In this document: positions 27,596 through 38,046 of the stretch, in pieces
Layout: each line of letters begins with the position of its first letter
How positions within the stretch are numbered: the stretch's first letter is position 1
From: Myxococcota bacterium
Lineage (GTDB): Bacteria; Myxococcota_A; UBA9160; SZUA-336
NCBI GenBank assembly: GCA_965247115.1
Contig: CBDFGR010000003.1
Location: 1,504,001 to 1,568,000 of the forward strand
Length of the DNA: 64,000 nucleotides
Direction of reading: 5' to 3'
The notes under the pieces: model-generated
The model's database searches: none
What the model saw: only the letters and a program-made list of their open reading frames with translations
What the model was told of the DNA's origin: nothing
Made by a program: the position numbers and the translations under genes

Positions 27596-28916
27596 CGCGC
27601 TCGGGCGGCAGTCTGCCGTCGCGGCTGCGCAGCTTGACGACTACGAGCTCGTCCCGTTCCACAGCTCTCACGTAGCCCGCGGCGAGCACGTGCCCGTTGG
27701 GGTCGAGCGCGAGCGTGCGAGCGTCCCCGGCGGCCCGTCCGATCTCTCGCTGCCAGAGCGAGTGCCCGTCCCGGCCGCGGAGCTTCAGCACGAATATCTC
27801 CCTTGGTCCTGCGCAGCCGGCAGCGAGGATGTCAGCGTCTGCGTTCACGGAAACCGCGACGCCCTCGCCGCAGCGACGGCCCCCGTCGAAAGTGCGCTGC
27901 CAGAACTGCCGACCGTCGCTCGAGGCTCGCTTGGTGACGCGGAAGCCCGCGGCGTCTGCCGTCGCCAGGACGAGGTCGCCGCGAACATCCAGGTAGAGGT
28001 CCAGGCCGTGGGCGTCGTCCTGCGGGTCCACGTCGACCCAGCGAGGCGCGCCATTTCTCCCGTCCATTCTCGCGACCACCAGGAGTGTCCCGTTGCTGGC
28101 GGCGGGCACGAGCCACGCCGCAATGACGTCTCCGCTGTCGTCGAGCGAGATCACTCGCGCGGAGAGCGCCGGACCGGAGGAGGTCCCGGCTCGCCCGGCC
28201 TGTAGGCTGCTCTGCCACATCTCCTCTCCGTCGAGCCCGTCGATCTTCAGCACCCCGAGCTTCGGTTCGCCGGGTGCGCCCCACAGGCTGCCTGCGACCA
28301 GGGCGTCTCCCCCGCTCGTGGTGGTGACTGCCGTTGCATCCGGGCGGGTCGTCCAGAGTGGTCGGATTCGGTAGCGCCACAGCTCTCGCCCATCTGCGGC
28401 GGCCAGCTTGAGCAGGCTGAACTCGTTCGGCTCCGCGTCGCGGCTCTGGCCGGCTGCGATCACCTCGCCCCGAGGGTCGAGCGCAAGGGATGTTACCAGC
28501 CCGTCGCCCGACGGCCCCTGCGACAGGGTGTGACGCCAGACTTCCGTTCCGCTCGCACCATCGAGGCGCACCACTGCCGACCTGGACCCGGCTCCGTCGG
28601 AACCGGACTCCGACAGCCCGGCGTCCACGACCGGGTCCACTCCGTCCGCCAGCACGAGTGCGCCCCCGCCGCGGATGCTGCGGCTCCAGAGCGTGCTCCC
28701 GAGAGAGCCCGAGAGCTTCGCGACGCCAAAGCCAGCGGCAAAGGAGCCCGCCACGAACACGTCCCCGCTCTCGTCGACGGCCAGCCCGAGCCGCAGGGTA
28801 CTGCCCGCGCCCCCATCCGGTGTCGCGAGTCGCGCCTGCCAACCATCCCCGGCCGAGACACACCCCACCAGCCAGACCGAAACCGCCAAACCAAGGCCGG
28901 TTCTCCGTGAGACCAC
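27579..28916 (-). CDS. PQQ-like beta-propeller repeat lipoprotein
   Basis: Lipobox LVGC. About 7 repeats of D..G.v.vAG ... vvKLdG.dG...W. Start uncertain (GTG 28916 chosen). Confidence 0.7.
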   Translation of the reverse strand: MVSRRTGLGLAVSVWLVGCVSAGDGWQARLATPDGGAGSTLRLGLAVDESGDVFVAGSFAAGFGVAKLSGSLGSTLWSRSIRGGGALVLADGVDPVVDAGLSESGSDGAGSRSAVVRLDGASGTEVWRHTLSQGPSGDGLVTSLALDPRGEVIAAGQSRDAEPNEFSLLKLAAADGRELWRYRIRPLWTTRPDATAVTTTSGGDALVAGSLWGAPGEPKLGVLKIDGLDGEEMWQSSLQAGRAGTSSGPALSARVISLDDSGDVIAAWLVPAASNGTLLVVARMDGRNGAPRWVDVDPQDDAHGLDLYLDVRGDLVLATADAAGFRVTKRASSDGRQFWQRTFDGGRRCGEGVAVSVNADADILAAGCAGPREIFVLKLRGRDGHSLWQREIGRAAGDARTLALDPNGHVLAAGYVRAVERDELVVVKLRSRDGRLPPERATESP

Positions 28917-28939
28917 AGTCGGGAACGTAACGTTTCTGG

Positions 28940-29081
28940 CCTTGTGGGACCCGGCCGCGGGCGTCCGCGGCCACCCTTGTGGGACCCGGCGCGCGAGCGG
29001 TCGCGCGCCACCCACCTCCGCTCAGGCCTTCGGCCCTCGCTGCGCGCGCCGCATTCTGCGTCGCTTGCAAGGTTGCCAAGC
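28940..29081 (+). repeat. GC-rich palindromic intergenic repeat, copy A
   Basis: Near-identical over its first ~85 nt to 37676-37815; related to 45320-45436. Confidence 0.88.
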
Positions 29082-29168
29082 CTCGTAGAACTTGATGTCC
29101 CCAAGTCTAGCTGAGCAGGCGAGAGCGACCGCCGGGGAGACTTCCGGCCTCCGAGGGCGTGACTCGGG

Positions 29169-30632
29169 CTACCTTGAGAAGAGGTCTACGACCTTGGCGT
29201 CAAGGGTGGCGGGTCTGGCGCGGGTGCGGGCCCAGTCGCGCAGCTCTTTGATGCGATCCTCGTAGGTGTCGTAGAGGGGGACCGTCTCGTTGATCGCGTT
29301 TGCCAGGTCGTTGAAATCGAGGTCGCGCGCCTCCGCGAAGGCCTTGTGGAGAGCCGCGTTCACGACCTGCTCCAGCTCCGCGCCAGACAGCCTGCTGGAC
29401 TGTGCGGCGAGCTCCTCGAGATCCAGCTGAAGCGGGTCCCTGCCGCGCTTTCGCAGGTGGATGGAGAGGATCTCTGCGCGCTCGTCGATGCTCGGCAGAT
29501 CCACGAAGAAGAGCTCGTCGAAGCGACCGCGCCGCAGCAGCTCTGGCGGAAGCGTGCTCACGTCGTTGGCCGTCGCCACGACGAAGACGGGCTGTTGCTT
29601 CTCCGACAGCCAGGTCAGAAACGAGCCGAAGACTCGACTCGCTCGGCCGTCGCGGCCCGACGCGGCGAAGCCCTTCTCGATCTCGTCGATCCAGAGCACG
29701 GCCGGAGCGATGGACTCGGCCATTGCCGTTGCCTCGCGGATCGTCTCCTCCGGACCGTTGCCGGAGCCTCCGAACGCGGCTGCCACGTCCAGACGCAGCA
29801 GGGGAAACTGCCACTCCCGTGCCACCGCCTTGGCGCACAGCGACTTCCCACAGCCCTGAACGCCCAGCAGCAGCAGCCCGCGCGGTGTGGGCAGGCCGAA
29901 GCTCCGGGCCTCTTCTCCAAAAGTACGACGCCGTTCGCGGACCCAGTGCTTGAGCTCCCCGAGCCCGCCAACCGCCGCCATGTCCGCGTCGGTGTCGTGG
30001 AAGCTGAGCGCCGGCGTCCGGCGCAGGGCCGCGCGCTTCTCGTGGACCATCCCTGCCACCGCGGTGGCGTTGAGACCCTCTGCGCGGGCGCAGGCCTTGC
30101 GGAACACACGCACCGCTTCGATGTTTGTCAGGCCCAGAGTCGCCCCGACCGCGCTCTGCAGCAGCGCGGGGTCAGCGTCCGGAGCGACCGCTTCCATCAG
30201 GCGGGTCATCTCGCTGGCGCCGGGCAAGGGAAGACTGAGTCGAGCCGCCTCGCGTTGGAGCTCTGGGGGAAGGTCGATGAGGGGGCCGAGCAGGACCACC
30301 ACCTGCGTGCGTTCGGCGAGCACGCCGAGCAGGTCTCGTAGTCTCCGCACCCCGACCGGATCCTCGAACAGCCGATGCGCGTCGAGGATCGCGAAGATCG
30401 CGGAATCGGGCTCCGCCGAGATCGCCTTCAGGCCGTCGTCAAGAGAGCCAGCGCCGTTCCCTCCGGGAATCAAGCCCGACGCGATCGACCAGCAGACGAG
30501 CTTGCGATCGCAGAACCTGGCCGCGTGCTCGAGCACGGCCAGCGCGCGCTCTTCCTCGAAGTTCTCGAAGGTGATCAGCGTCCAGCCCGACTGAATCACG
30601 AGCGCGAGCTCTTCGGTCGCCTCGCGGCTCAT
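29169..30632 (-). CDS. AAA+ ATPase (Ycf46-like)
   Basis: [16 protein letters not shown] Walker [11 protein letters not shown]alker B, VATAN and [20 protein letters not shown]. Confidence 0.9.
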   Translation of the reverse strand: MSREATEELALVIQSGWTLITFENFEEERALAVLEHAARFCDRKLVCWSIASGLIPGGNGAGSLDDGLKAISAEPDSAIFAILDAHRLFEDPVGVRRLRDLLGVLAERTQVVVLLGPLIDLPPELQREAARLSLPLPGASEMTRLMEAVAPDADPALLQSAVGATLGLTNIEAVRVFRKACARAEGLNATAVAGMVHEKRAALRRTPALSFHDTDADMAAVGGLGELKHWVRERRRTFGEEARSFGLPTPRGLLLLGVQGCGKSLCAKAVAREWQFPLLRLDVAAAFGGSGNGPEETIREATAMAESIAPAVLWIDEIEKGFAASGRDGRASRVFGSFLTWLSEKQQPVFVVATANDVSTLPPELLRRGRFDELFFVDLPSIDERAEILSIHLRKRGRDPLQLDLEELAAQSSRLSGAELEQVVNAALHKAFAEARDLDFNDLANAINETVPLYDTYEDRIKELRDWARTRARPATLDAKVVDLFSR

Positions 30633-32464
30633 TCCATGTCCGCGGTGAGCCGGACCACCTCTTCGTAGGCGATCAGTCCCTCGGCAAGCCTGCGCATCGC
30701 GCTCTCGCGCAGCACTTCCATGCCCTCGACCCTGGCGGCGCGAGCGATCTCGTTCGCGTCTTCACCCTTCTTGATCAGGTCGCGCACGCGCTGGCCCACG
30801 TCGAGCATCTCGAACACGCCGGTGCGGCCGTACAGCCCCGTCTGACGGCAATCGGTGCAGCCGTCTCCCCAGCGCACCGCGAGGCGCTCGCGCCGCTCGA
30901 CCGGGACCTTGATGCCGAGGGCGGCGACCTGCTCGGGTGTCAGGAACCCGTCCACTCCGCAGTGCGGGCAGATCCTTCGGAGCAGGCGCTGGGCAAGAAC
31001 GCCGCGCAGCACGCTCGAGAGCAGGAAATTCTCCACGCCGAGCTCGAGCAGCCGCGTTACAGCACCGGCCGCGTCGCGGGTATGGACTGTGGAGAAGACC
31101 AGGTGACCGGTAAGCGCGGCCTGTACGGCCATCTGCGCGGTCTCTCCATCGCGGATCTCGCCGACCATGATGATGTCCGGGTCCTGCCGCAGGATGGAGC
31201 GCAGTGCCTGCGAGAAAGTCACCTCGATCTGGCGCTGGACCTGCACCTGCACGAAGCGCGGGTCGATCATTTCGATCGGGTCCTCGACCGTGGTGATGTT
31301 GAGCTCGGGTCCCGCCAGGTAGCGCAGCGTCGAGTACAGCGTGGTCGTCTTGCCGGAACCGGTCGGGCCCGTGACCAGGATCAGTCCGCTTGGCGACGTG
31401 ATCCACCTCTCGAAGATCTCGCGCTCCTCCGGGTAGAAGCCGAGATCCTGCAAGCTCGAGAGCAGGATCCCCGGATCCAGGATTCGGATCACGATCTTCT
31501 CTCCGAAGGCCGTTGCGATGCTGGAGACGCGGAGCTCCACCTCCTTGTCGCCCCGGTGCGTCTTGATCCGTCCGTCTTGTGGGCGTCTCCGTTCCGCGAT
31601 GTCCATCATGGCCATGACCTTGATTCGCGAGGCGATGGCGGCCTGGACGTTGGTCGGGAACGCCTCGATGTCGTGAAGGATGCCGTCGATGCGAAAGCGC
31701 ACGGCCGCGTCGTTGGCGCGGGGCTCGATGTGGATGTCGCTCGCGCGCTGCTCGAACGCGTAGTTGAGCAGGAAGTCGACCGCACGAATCACGTGCTCGT
31801 CGCTGACCTCGGACAGCTCTGCGTTCGAGCGCAGCTCGACGAGCTCCACCAAGGGCGACTGACGCGTGCTCTCGCCGAGCTCCACCTCCGCGCTCGCGAC
31901 GCTCTTGCGGAAGCCGTAGACACGCTCGACGATCGAGAGAATGTCGCGCTTGGCGGCGACGCAGTAGCTGAGGGGCGCCTCTACGAGCTGCTCCAAGCTC
32001 TCGCGCAAGGCGCTGTCGAACGGATCGGAGAGCGCGATTCGCAACCGGTCCTGGTCGTAGCCAACTGGAATGACTACGTGCCGGCTCGCGAAGGGACGCG
32101 AGAAGGTCTTGCTGATCAGCTCGCTGTCCAGCTCCAGCGGGTCGAGCTTGACGTAGGGAAGCTCCGTGGCTGCGGCGATGCACTCCGCAATGGCATCCTC
32201 ATCGATCCGCCGATGGGACTTCGTGGGGTGGGGGAGGGCGGCGGCGGTGACGAGCTCCGCAGGCGAAACGTGGTAACGGGCGGCCGCCTGCGAGCGAACC
32301 GATCCGACCTTCTCCTTGAGGACACGGCTCCTGAGCGTGACCTCACGCGCCTCGATCTCCTTGGCCTGGTCCGAGCCGGCGAGCTCGGCTTCCACCAGCA
32401 TCTCGAGGAGCTCGGGGAGGGCAAGGGGAGGGCGGGGCTCGGGGAGGCGGACTCGGGGTGACAT
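30629..32464 (-). CDS. GspE/PulE/PilB family secretion/pilus ATPase
   Basis: ASDIHIEP, RRPQDGRI, GPTGSGKTTTLY, TVEDPIE, LRQDPDIIMVGEIRD, TGHLVFSTVH and a CPHC...CTDC Zn motif. Confidence 0.92.
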   Translation of the reverse strand: MSPRVRLPEPRPPLALPELLEMLVEAELAGSDQAKEIEAREVTLRSRVLKEKVGSVRSQAAARYHVSPAELVTAAALPHPTKSHRRIDEDAIAECIAAATELPYVKLDPLELDSELISKTFSRPFASRHVVIPVGYDQDRLRIALSDPFDSALRESLEQLVEAPLSYCVAAKRDILSIVERVYGFRKSVASAEVELGESTRQSPLVELVELRSNAELSEVSDEHVIRAVDFLLNYAFEQRASDIHIEPRANDAAVRFRIDGILHDIEAFPTNVQAAIASRIKVMAMMDIAERRRPQDGRIKTHRGDKEVELRVSSIATAFGEKIVIRILDPGILLSSLQDLGFYPEEREIFERWITSPSGLILVTGPTGSGKTTTLYSTLRYLAGPELNITTVEDPIEMIDPRFVQVQVQRQIEVTFSQALRSILRQDPDIIMVGEIRDGETAQMAVQAALTGHLVFSTVHTRDAAGAVTRLLELGVENFLLSSVLRGVLAQRLLRRICPHCGVDGFLTPEQVAALGIKVPVERRERLAVRWGDGCTDCRQTGLYGRTGVFEMLDVGQRVRDLIKKGEDANEIARAARVEGMEVLRESAMRRLAEGLIAYEEVVRLTADME

Positions 32465-32716
32465 CCAGTGGGGTATCGGCGTACCGATGGGAAAACCCAA
32501 CGAAAGGCGGATATTCCGTACAGAGACAGGGGGTTTCAGGGGTGCCGGCCCGCGGTGGCTCGCGCTCCTCGTGGCGCGCCTGTCCCGCGTCGTACACTAC
32601 CGTCACGATGAGGCCCGCGCGCCAGGAATATCGCTCCCGTTTGGTGTCCTGGATACGCTAATTTGGAGTAAAACTGGAGCCTGGACGGGAGAGCCCTTGG
32701 CGTGAGGAGGACCGAC

Positions 32717-34003
32717 GTGGATGAAACAGCGAAGCTCGAGTTCGAGGGCAAGACGTACGAGCTTCCGGTCCTGGTGGGCTCGGAAGGCGAACGGTCGATC
32801 GACATCGGAAAGCTCAGGGACGAGAGCGGGCTGATCACGCTCGATCCGGGCTACAAGAACACCGGCAGCACGACAAGCGAGATCTGCTTCATCGACGGTG
32901 AGCAGGGGATACTGCGCTACCGCGGCTACGCCATCGAGGACCTCGCCGAGCAGAGCAGTTTTCTCGAGGTCGCCTACCTGCTGATTCACGGCGAGCCGCC
33001 GTCCCAGCAAGAGTACGACAGCTGGCTCGAGTCGCTGCGTTACCACACGATGCTCCACGAGGATGTGAAGCGGCTCTTCGAGGCGTTCCCGAAGGACGCG
33101 CACCCGATGGCGGTGGCGGCCTCCGTCGTCTCCGCGATCTCGACGTTCTACCCGGAAGACCTCGATCCCGAAGACGAGGCACAGGTTGTCGTGTCGAGCA
33201 ATCGGTTGATCGCCAAGTTTCCGACTATCGCGGCGTATGCGCACAAGCACTCGCTGGGCCAACCCTTTCTCTATCCGGACAACAAGCTCGGCTACGTTGA
33301 CAACTTTCTGCGCCTCATGTTCGGAACGCCGTGCGAGGAGTTCGAAGTCGATCCCGTGGTGTCGCGCGCCATCGAGCTCTTGCTCATCCTTCACGCCGAC
33401 CACGAGCAGAACTGCTCGACGAGCACCGTGCGTATCGTGGGAAGCTCCCACGCAAACCTCTTCGCTTCGATCGGCGCGGGGATCAACGCGCTCTGGGGAC
33501 CGCGACACGGCGGTGCAAACCAGCAAGTGATCGAGATGTTGGACTCGATCGCAGAGGAAGGCCTCTCGGCGCAGCAGTTCGTCGACCGTGCGAAGGACCG
33601 CGACGATACGTCACGGTTGATGGGCTTCGGTCATCGGGTCTACAGGAATTACGACCCGCGCGCGAAGGTAATCAAGCAATCCGCCAACGAGGTTCTCGAG
33701 AAGCTCGGCGCGACGAGCAAGCTGCTCGAAATCGCCGTCGATCTCGAGCGCATCGCGCTCGAGGACGAGTACTTCGTCAAGCGCCGCTTGTACCCAAACG
33801 TCGACTTCTACTCCGGGGTGATCTACAAGGCGCTGGGCATTCCGGTGAACAGCTTCACGGTCATGTTCGCCATGGGCCGGCTGCCCGGCTGGATCGCGCA
33901 CTGGGTCGAGCTGCACAGGGACGGCCAGGCGATCGGGCGCCCCCGGCAGATCTACACGGGACCCTCCCTGCGCACCTACGCGCCGATGACGAAGCGCAGC
34001 TAG
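32717..34003 (+). CDS. gltA: Citrate synthase (type II-like)
   Basis: DPGYKNT, GILRYRGY, LHADHEQNCSTS, GPRHGGAN, MGFGHRVY and YPNVDFYSG. GTG start after GAGGAGG. Confidence 0.96.
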   Translation: MDETAKLEFEGKTYELPVLVGSEGERSIDIGKLRDESGLITLDPGYKNTGSTTSEICFIDGEQGILRYRGYAIEDLAEQSSFLEVAYLLIHGEPPSQQEYDSWLESLRYHTMLHEDVKRLFEAFPKDAHPMAVAASVVSAISTFYPEDLDPEDEAQVVVSSNRLIAKFPTIAAYAHKHSLGQPFLYPDNKLGYVDNFLRLMFGTPCEEFEVDPVVSRAIELLLILHADHEQNCSTSTVRIVGSSHANLFASIGAGINALWGPRHGGANQQVIEMLDSIAEEGLSAQQFVDRAKDRDDTSRLMGFGHRVYRNYDPRAKVIKQSANEVLEKLGATSKLLEIAVDLERIALEDEYFVKRRLYPNVDFYSGVIYKALGIPVNSFTVMFAMGRLPGWIAHWVELHRDGQAIGRPRQIYTGPSLRTYAPMTKRS

Positions 34004-34031
34004 GCGGCGGGCCTCCGCGGATCAGTCGTCT

Positions 34032-34460
34032 CTAGCTGCCAAAGTAACGCTGCGCAGCCCGGAGCAGCATGAACCACACCGCCAGCGTGGCGATGAGGTA
34101 GAGGTAGAACCGCAGCATCACGAGATTGAACGTGCAATGCACCGCGCTGTGCAATGCGCGGAATACCACGAAGACCCAGGCAGCGTAGACGTACGTGGCG
34201 TCTACCTGGGCTGTGAGAAACAGATAGAGGCAGAGGGCGTAGAAGAGAACCGGAAGCTCGAACAGGTTCTTCAGGTTGTCCGAGGGATTGGACACCGCGG
34301 CGGGTGAGACCTGCGCGAGCGCACCGGGCCGCGTCAGGTCCTTCGCGCTGATGTTGTTCTTTGTGAGAAAGCTGATGCGCCGGGTATACATGTACACCCA
34401 GACGATCAGCGTCAGCAGCATCGTGGCGAAGAAGGGAGCGAAGATTGACGTCTGCGCCAT
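34032..34460 (-). CDS. MAPEG family membrane protein
   Basis: SDNLKNLFELPVLFY and AWVFVVFRALHSAVH motifs. Confidence 0.85.
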   Translation of the reverse strand: MAQTSIFAPFFATMLLTLIVWVYMYTRRISFLTKNNISAKDLTRPGALAQVSPAAVSNPSDNLKNLFELPVLFYALCLYLFLTAQVDATYVYAAWVFVVFRALHSAVHCTFNLVMLRFYLYLIATLAVWFMLLRAAQRYFGS

Positions 34461-34502
34461 CAGAATCCGACTCGCAGCCCTCGGGAGCTTACGAGCTGTG
34501 GG

Positions 34503-35462
34503 CTAGGCCTTCGCGGCGGTGGCTGCACTCGTCAGGGCGGGGACGATCTCGAACAGGTCGCCCACCACCCCGAGGTCTGCGACCTCGAAGATCGGGGCGT
34601 CCGCGTCCTTGTTGATCGCGATGATGTAGTTCGAGCTCTTCATCCCGACCAGATGCTGGATCGCGCCCGAGATGCCGACGGCGATGTACAGCTTTGGCTG
34701 CACGATCTGTCCGGAGCTGCCGACCTGATACTCGTGGGGTAGCCAGCCAGCGTCGACAACCGGGCGAGAGGCGCCCATCTGCGCCCCGAGCGCTTCGACA
34801 AGTGGCTTCAGTACCGAGTCGAAGTTCTCCGGCTTCTGCATGCCGCGGCCGCCCGAGATGATGAACTCGGCCTTGGTCAGGTCGTGTCCACCGGCGGTGG
34901 CCATGCGCAGCTCTACGAACTTGGTTCGCGACTCCTGACCGCCCACGTCCAGCGCTTCCACGCTGCCCTCGTCCGTGTCCTCGAAGGCTTCGCAGGCGCC
35001 GGGCTGTACGGTGACGATCTTTGGCGAGCCCTCGATGCGCATACGCGCGTCGAACTTTGCGTTGAACATTCGGCGGATGAAGACGAGCTCTCCCCCGTCC
35101 TCCTCGATCCGGATTGCGTCGGTAACGATGCCCGCGTCGAGCTGAGCGGCGAGCTTCCCCGCGATGTCCCAGCCGGTCGGTGTGTTCGAGATCAGGATCA
35201 GCTCAGCGGACTCCGCCTCGATCGCCTTGCGAATCACTCCGGTGTAGGCGTCGGGCGCGTAGTGGTCGAGAGAGGCGTCGTCGGCCAGTAGCACCTTGCC
35301 GCCTCCCTTCTTGGATAGCTCTTCTGCGCTGCTCGTCACGCCACTGCCGATCACGAGCGACGAGACGTCTCCGCCAACACTGCGAGCCAGTGTCACGAGC
35401 TCCAGCGTTGCCTCGCGCAAGCCATCGTTTTGAACTTCAGCGACGATCAGAATCTTCGCCAT
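34503..35462 (-). CDS. etfA: Electron transfer flavoprotein alpha subunit
   Basis: [39 protein letters not shown] and [11 protein letters not shown] motifs. Confidence 0.95.
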   Translation of the reverse strand: MAKILIVAEVQNDGLREATLELVTLARSVGGDVSSLVIGSGVTSSAEELSKKGGGKVLLADDASLDHYAPDAYTGVIRKAIEAESAELILISNTPTGWDIAGKLAAQLDAGIVTDAIRIEEDGGELVFIRRMFNAKFDARMRIEGSPKIVTVQPGACEAFEDTDEGSVEALDVGGQESRTKFVELRMATAGGHDLTKAEFIISGGRGMQKPENFDSVLKPLVEALGAQMGASRPVVDAGWLPHEYQVGSSGQIVQPKLYIAVGISGAIQHLVGMKSSNYIIAINKDADAPIFEVADLGVVGDLFEIVPALTSAATAAKA

Positions 35463-35492
35463 CGATTTTCTCCCGCGCCCTGCTCCGCCCGC

Positions 35493-36272
35493 TCATTGAA
35501 GCAGGCCGAGCTCCTTGATCTTTCCGATCAGCTTGTCCGCCACTTCGCTGGCCGATCCCTCGAGGAGCTCGGCTCCCTGGCCCTTGGGCGGTGCGTAGAT
35601 CTTCTCGACCCTCACTTTGGGCGCAACGTCGGACGCGTCCAGTCCGAGATCGGCAAGGGACTTCTTGTCGAGGGGCTTCTTCTTCGCCTGCATGATGCCC
35701 TTGAGCGACGCGTAGCGGACCTCGTTCATGCCCGTCTGCGTCGTGAGTAGGCACGGCAGGGGCAACGAGACTACGCCGAGAGAGCCGCCTTCGAGCTCGC
35801 GCTCGACCTCGACCGAGCCATCGGAGAGTGTCGCCTTGACGATGCCCGTTGCGTGAGGGACACCCATCCGTTCCGCAAACATGGGACCCGTCAAGCCGTA
35901 GTTCGCGTCGTCGGACATCATCCCCATCAGCACCAGGTCGAAGTTCTCGTCCTTGGCGACCGCCCCGAGCGTCTTGGCCATTCCCAGTGAATCCGTCTTC
36001 TCGAGGGCGTCATCCCATACGTGTATGGCGCGGTCCGCGCCCATCCCGAGGGCGGTGCGGAGCGATTGAACGACGCGATCGGGTCCGATGGAGACGACCG
36101 CGACCTCTGCGTCGCCCGCATCCTTGATGCGTAGCGCCTCCTCCAACGCGTAGTTGTCATACTCGTTGATCTCGAACTTGATGTTGGTGTCCTGTATCCA
36201 GCTCCCGTCGGGAGCCAGTTCCAGACGTGCATCCTTGTGGGGAACCTGCTTCAGACAGACGAGGATCTTCAT
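35493..36272 (-). CDS. etfB: Electron transfer flavoprotein beta subunit
   Basis: KILVCLKQVP, NEYDNYALEEALR, ALGMGADRA and RYASLKGIMQAKKK motifs. Confidence 0.95.
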   Translation of the reverse strand: MKILVCLKQVPHKDARLELAPDGSWIQDTNIKFEINEYDNYALEEALRIKDAGDAEVAVVSIGPDRVVQSLRTALGMGADRAIHVWDDALEKTDSLGMAKTLGAVAKDENFDLVLMGMMSDDANYGLTGPMFAERMGVPHATGIVKATLSDGSVEVERELEGGSLGVVSLPLPCLLTTQTGMNEVRYASLKGIMQAKKKPLDKKSLADLGLDASDVAPKVRVEKIYAPPKGQGAELLEGSASEVADKLIGKIKELGLLQ

Positions 36273-36366
36273 ATCCTGCGATCTCCGTGGTCAGGGGCGC
36301 CGTCAAGCGCGTGGGGGGGAACTCGCGGTCCGCACGATAAGCTACGCAGCCTTGCGTTGCAACAGA

Positions 36367-37044
36367 TCAGCCGCCCATGATCGTGCGCCAGCGCTCGAGC
36401 GTGTCGATCTGTAGGTAGGGGTTCATCTTCTTCGTCTCGCTCATGGTCCTGGAGGTTCCTCCCCCGTAGTCGTGGCCGGGTAAGAGGATCGTTTCTTCTG
36501 GCAGCTCGTTCAGCTTTCGCAGGCTGTGGTACATCTGCTCAGAGTCCGAGCCCGGTAGGTCGACGCGGCCGCAACCTTGAATGAACAGCGTGTCACCGGA
36601 GACGAGCGAGCTCTGGATCCGGAAGCACTGAGATCCGGGCGTGTGGCCGGGAGTGTGAAGAAACTCGACCTCGACCTCACCGATCCGCAGCGTGTCTCCG
36701 GAGTCGACTTTCACCAGATCGGTGTCGGAGATACCGGTCACCTGTTTCACGCCGTCGGCCTCGTGTTTGTTCGCGTAGACCTTGACTCCGCGGCGTCCGA
36801 GGAGCTCAGCGAGACCTTCGATCCGCTCACCGTGGATTTCGCCTCCGATGTGGTCCGGATGGTAGTGGGTCACCAGAGCGGCCACGGGCGTGAAATCCTG
36901 TCCCTCGACGTGCTCGAGGAGCCCGTCGATCGACCAGGCGGGGTCGACCAGGGCTACTTCCCTGGTCTTCTTCGACCCGATCACGTAGACGAAGTTCTGC
37001 ATGGGCCCGCAGGCGATCTGCTCGATGATGAGTTCTTCTTCCAT
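36367..37044 (-). CDS. MBL-fold metallo-hydrolase (glyoxalase II-like)
   Basis: THYHPDHIGG, HTPGHTPGS, SGDTLF..GCGRVD and PGHDY motifs. Confidence 0.9.
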   Translation of the reverse strand: MEEELIIEQIACGPMQNFVYVIGSKKTREVALVDPAWSIDGLLEHVEGQDFTPVAALVTHYHPDHIGGEIHGERIEGLAELLGRRGVKVYANKHEADGVKQVTGISDTDLVKVDSGDTLRIGEVEVEFLHTPGHTPGSQCFRIQSSLVSGDTLFIQGCGRVDLPGSDSEQMYHSLRKLNELPEETILLPGHDYGGGTSRTMSETKKMNPYLQIDTLERWRTIMGG

Positions 37045-37091
37045 GCGCTCGCTTGCTTCGCCCTACCGATTACCTGCTGTTGACTTCCGAG

Positions 37092-37634
37092 TCAAACCGC
37101 AAGCCACAGCAGAAGCAACGGGATCCCCAGCGCGATGCTGCAGATCGCCAGCGCACGCTGCGACGAGACCTGGAGCACCTGCCGGCTCGCCAGGACCAGC
37201 GAGGTCAGACAGAACCCCAGCGCCCCCCAACCGAAGATCCAGCCCACGAACGGCAGGCTATAGCCGAGCAGCAGCGCGAACCAGGTGTAGGCGAAGCCGC
37301 TGCAGCGCAACAGGCGGGAGTAGTCGACATCTCGGCTCACCCAGAACACGCTGACGCCCCAGACGAGCAGCGTGGCCACGAGCCAGATCGCGATGGACAC
37401 GACGATGCCGAGAAACAGTCCGGGGATGGAGCCCTGGCCAAGGCCGGTCAGGATCGACGTAGCGATCACCAGAGCAAAGGCCTGCGGGATGGCCGCCCTG
37501 TCACCCTGAATCTCCTCGTAGACCGCCGGATCGAGGCGAAAGACCGCAGCAATCCGCGCGAGCAGCCGCCGCTCGGGCTGAAACAGCTCGGCCAGCGCCC
37601 CCTGCGGCTTCGCGCCCGACCCTGAAGTCGTCAT
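37092..37634 (-). CDS. Yip1-like multi-pass membrane protein
   Basis: About 5 hydrophobic segments and an RLDPAVYEEI motif. Start re-called at ATG 37634, because the longer ORF runs into the repeat. Confidence 0.65.
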   Translation of the reverse strand: MTTSGSGAKPQGALAELFQPERRLLARIAAVFRLDPAVYEEIQGDRAAIPQAFALVIATSILTGLGQGSIPGLFLGIVVSIAIWLVATLLVWGVSVFWVSRDVDYSRLLRCSGFAYTWFALLLGYSLPFVGWIFGWGALGFCLTSLVLASRQVLQVSSQRALAICSIALGIPLLLLWLAV

Positions 37635-37675
37635 CCCTAGACGGTAGCGGGTCCTGCGGGACCCGCGACGGCGCT

Positions 37676-37815
37676 CCTTGCGGGACCCGGCCGCGGGCGT
37701 CCGCGGCCACCCTTGTGGGACCCGGCGCGCGAGCGGTCGCGCGCCACCCACCTCCGCTCAGGGCTTCGCCCTTCGCTGCGCGCGCCGCTCCCGCGGCGCT
37801 TGCAGGCTGCCAAGC
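37676..37815 (+). repeat. GC-rich palindromic intergenic repeat, copy B
   Basis: Matches copy A (28940-29081). Confidence 0.88.
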
Positions 37816-37900
37816 AAGGTAAGGCGTTGGTCCCACGAACCGGAACTTGGGAAGGTCCTTGAGTGCCGATTGAGTGTCTCCTCGATCTGCCTGCCGAACG

Positions 37901-38031
37901 GGCAACTTGCAAGCGCCGCGGGAGCGGCGCGCGCAGTGAAGGCCTTTGGCCTGAGCGGAGGTGGGTGGCCGTCAGCGGCCCGCGGGTCGCTGACCCGCGG
38001 GAGGGCCGCTCGCGCGCCGGGCCCCACAAGG
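37901..38031 (-). repeat. GC-rich palindromic intergenic repeat, copy C (inverted relative to B, extra internal hairpin)
   Basis: Reverse complement reads ccttgtggggcccggcgcgcgagcggcc...ccacccacctccgctcaggcc...ttcactgcgcgcgccgctcccgcggcgcttgcaag. Confidence 0.82.
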
Positions 38032-38046
38032 CAAGGCGAGACCTGT

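Noticed and set aside
28917..29104. Shared peptide 'MGGARPLARRVPQGWPRTPAAGS' at the starts of ORFs 27579-29015 and 37092-37751 as a protein domain
   Set aside because: It is the translation of the non-coding DNA repeat; the real starts lie downstream.
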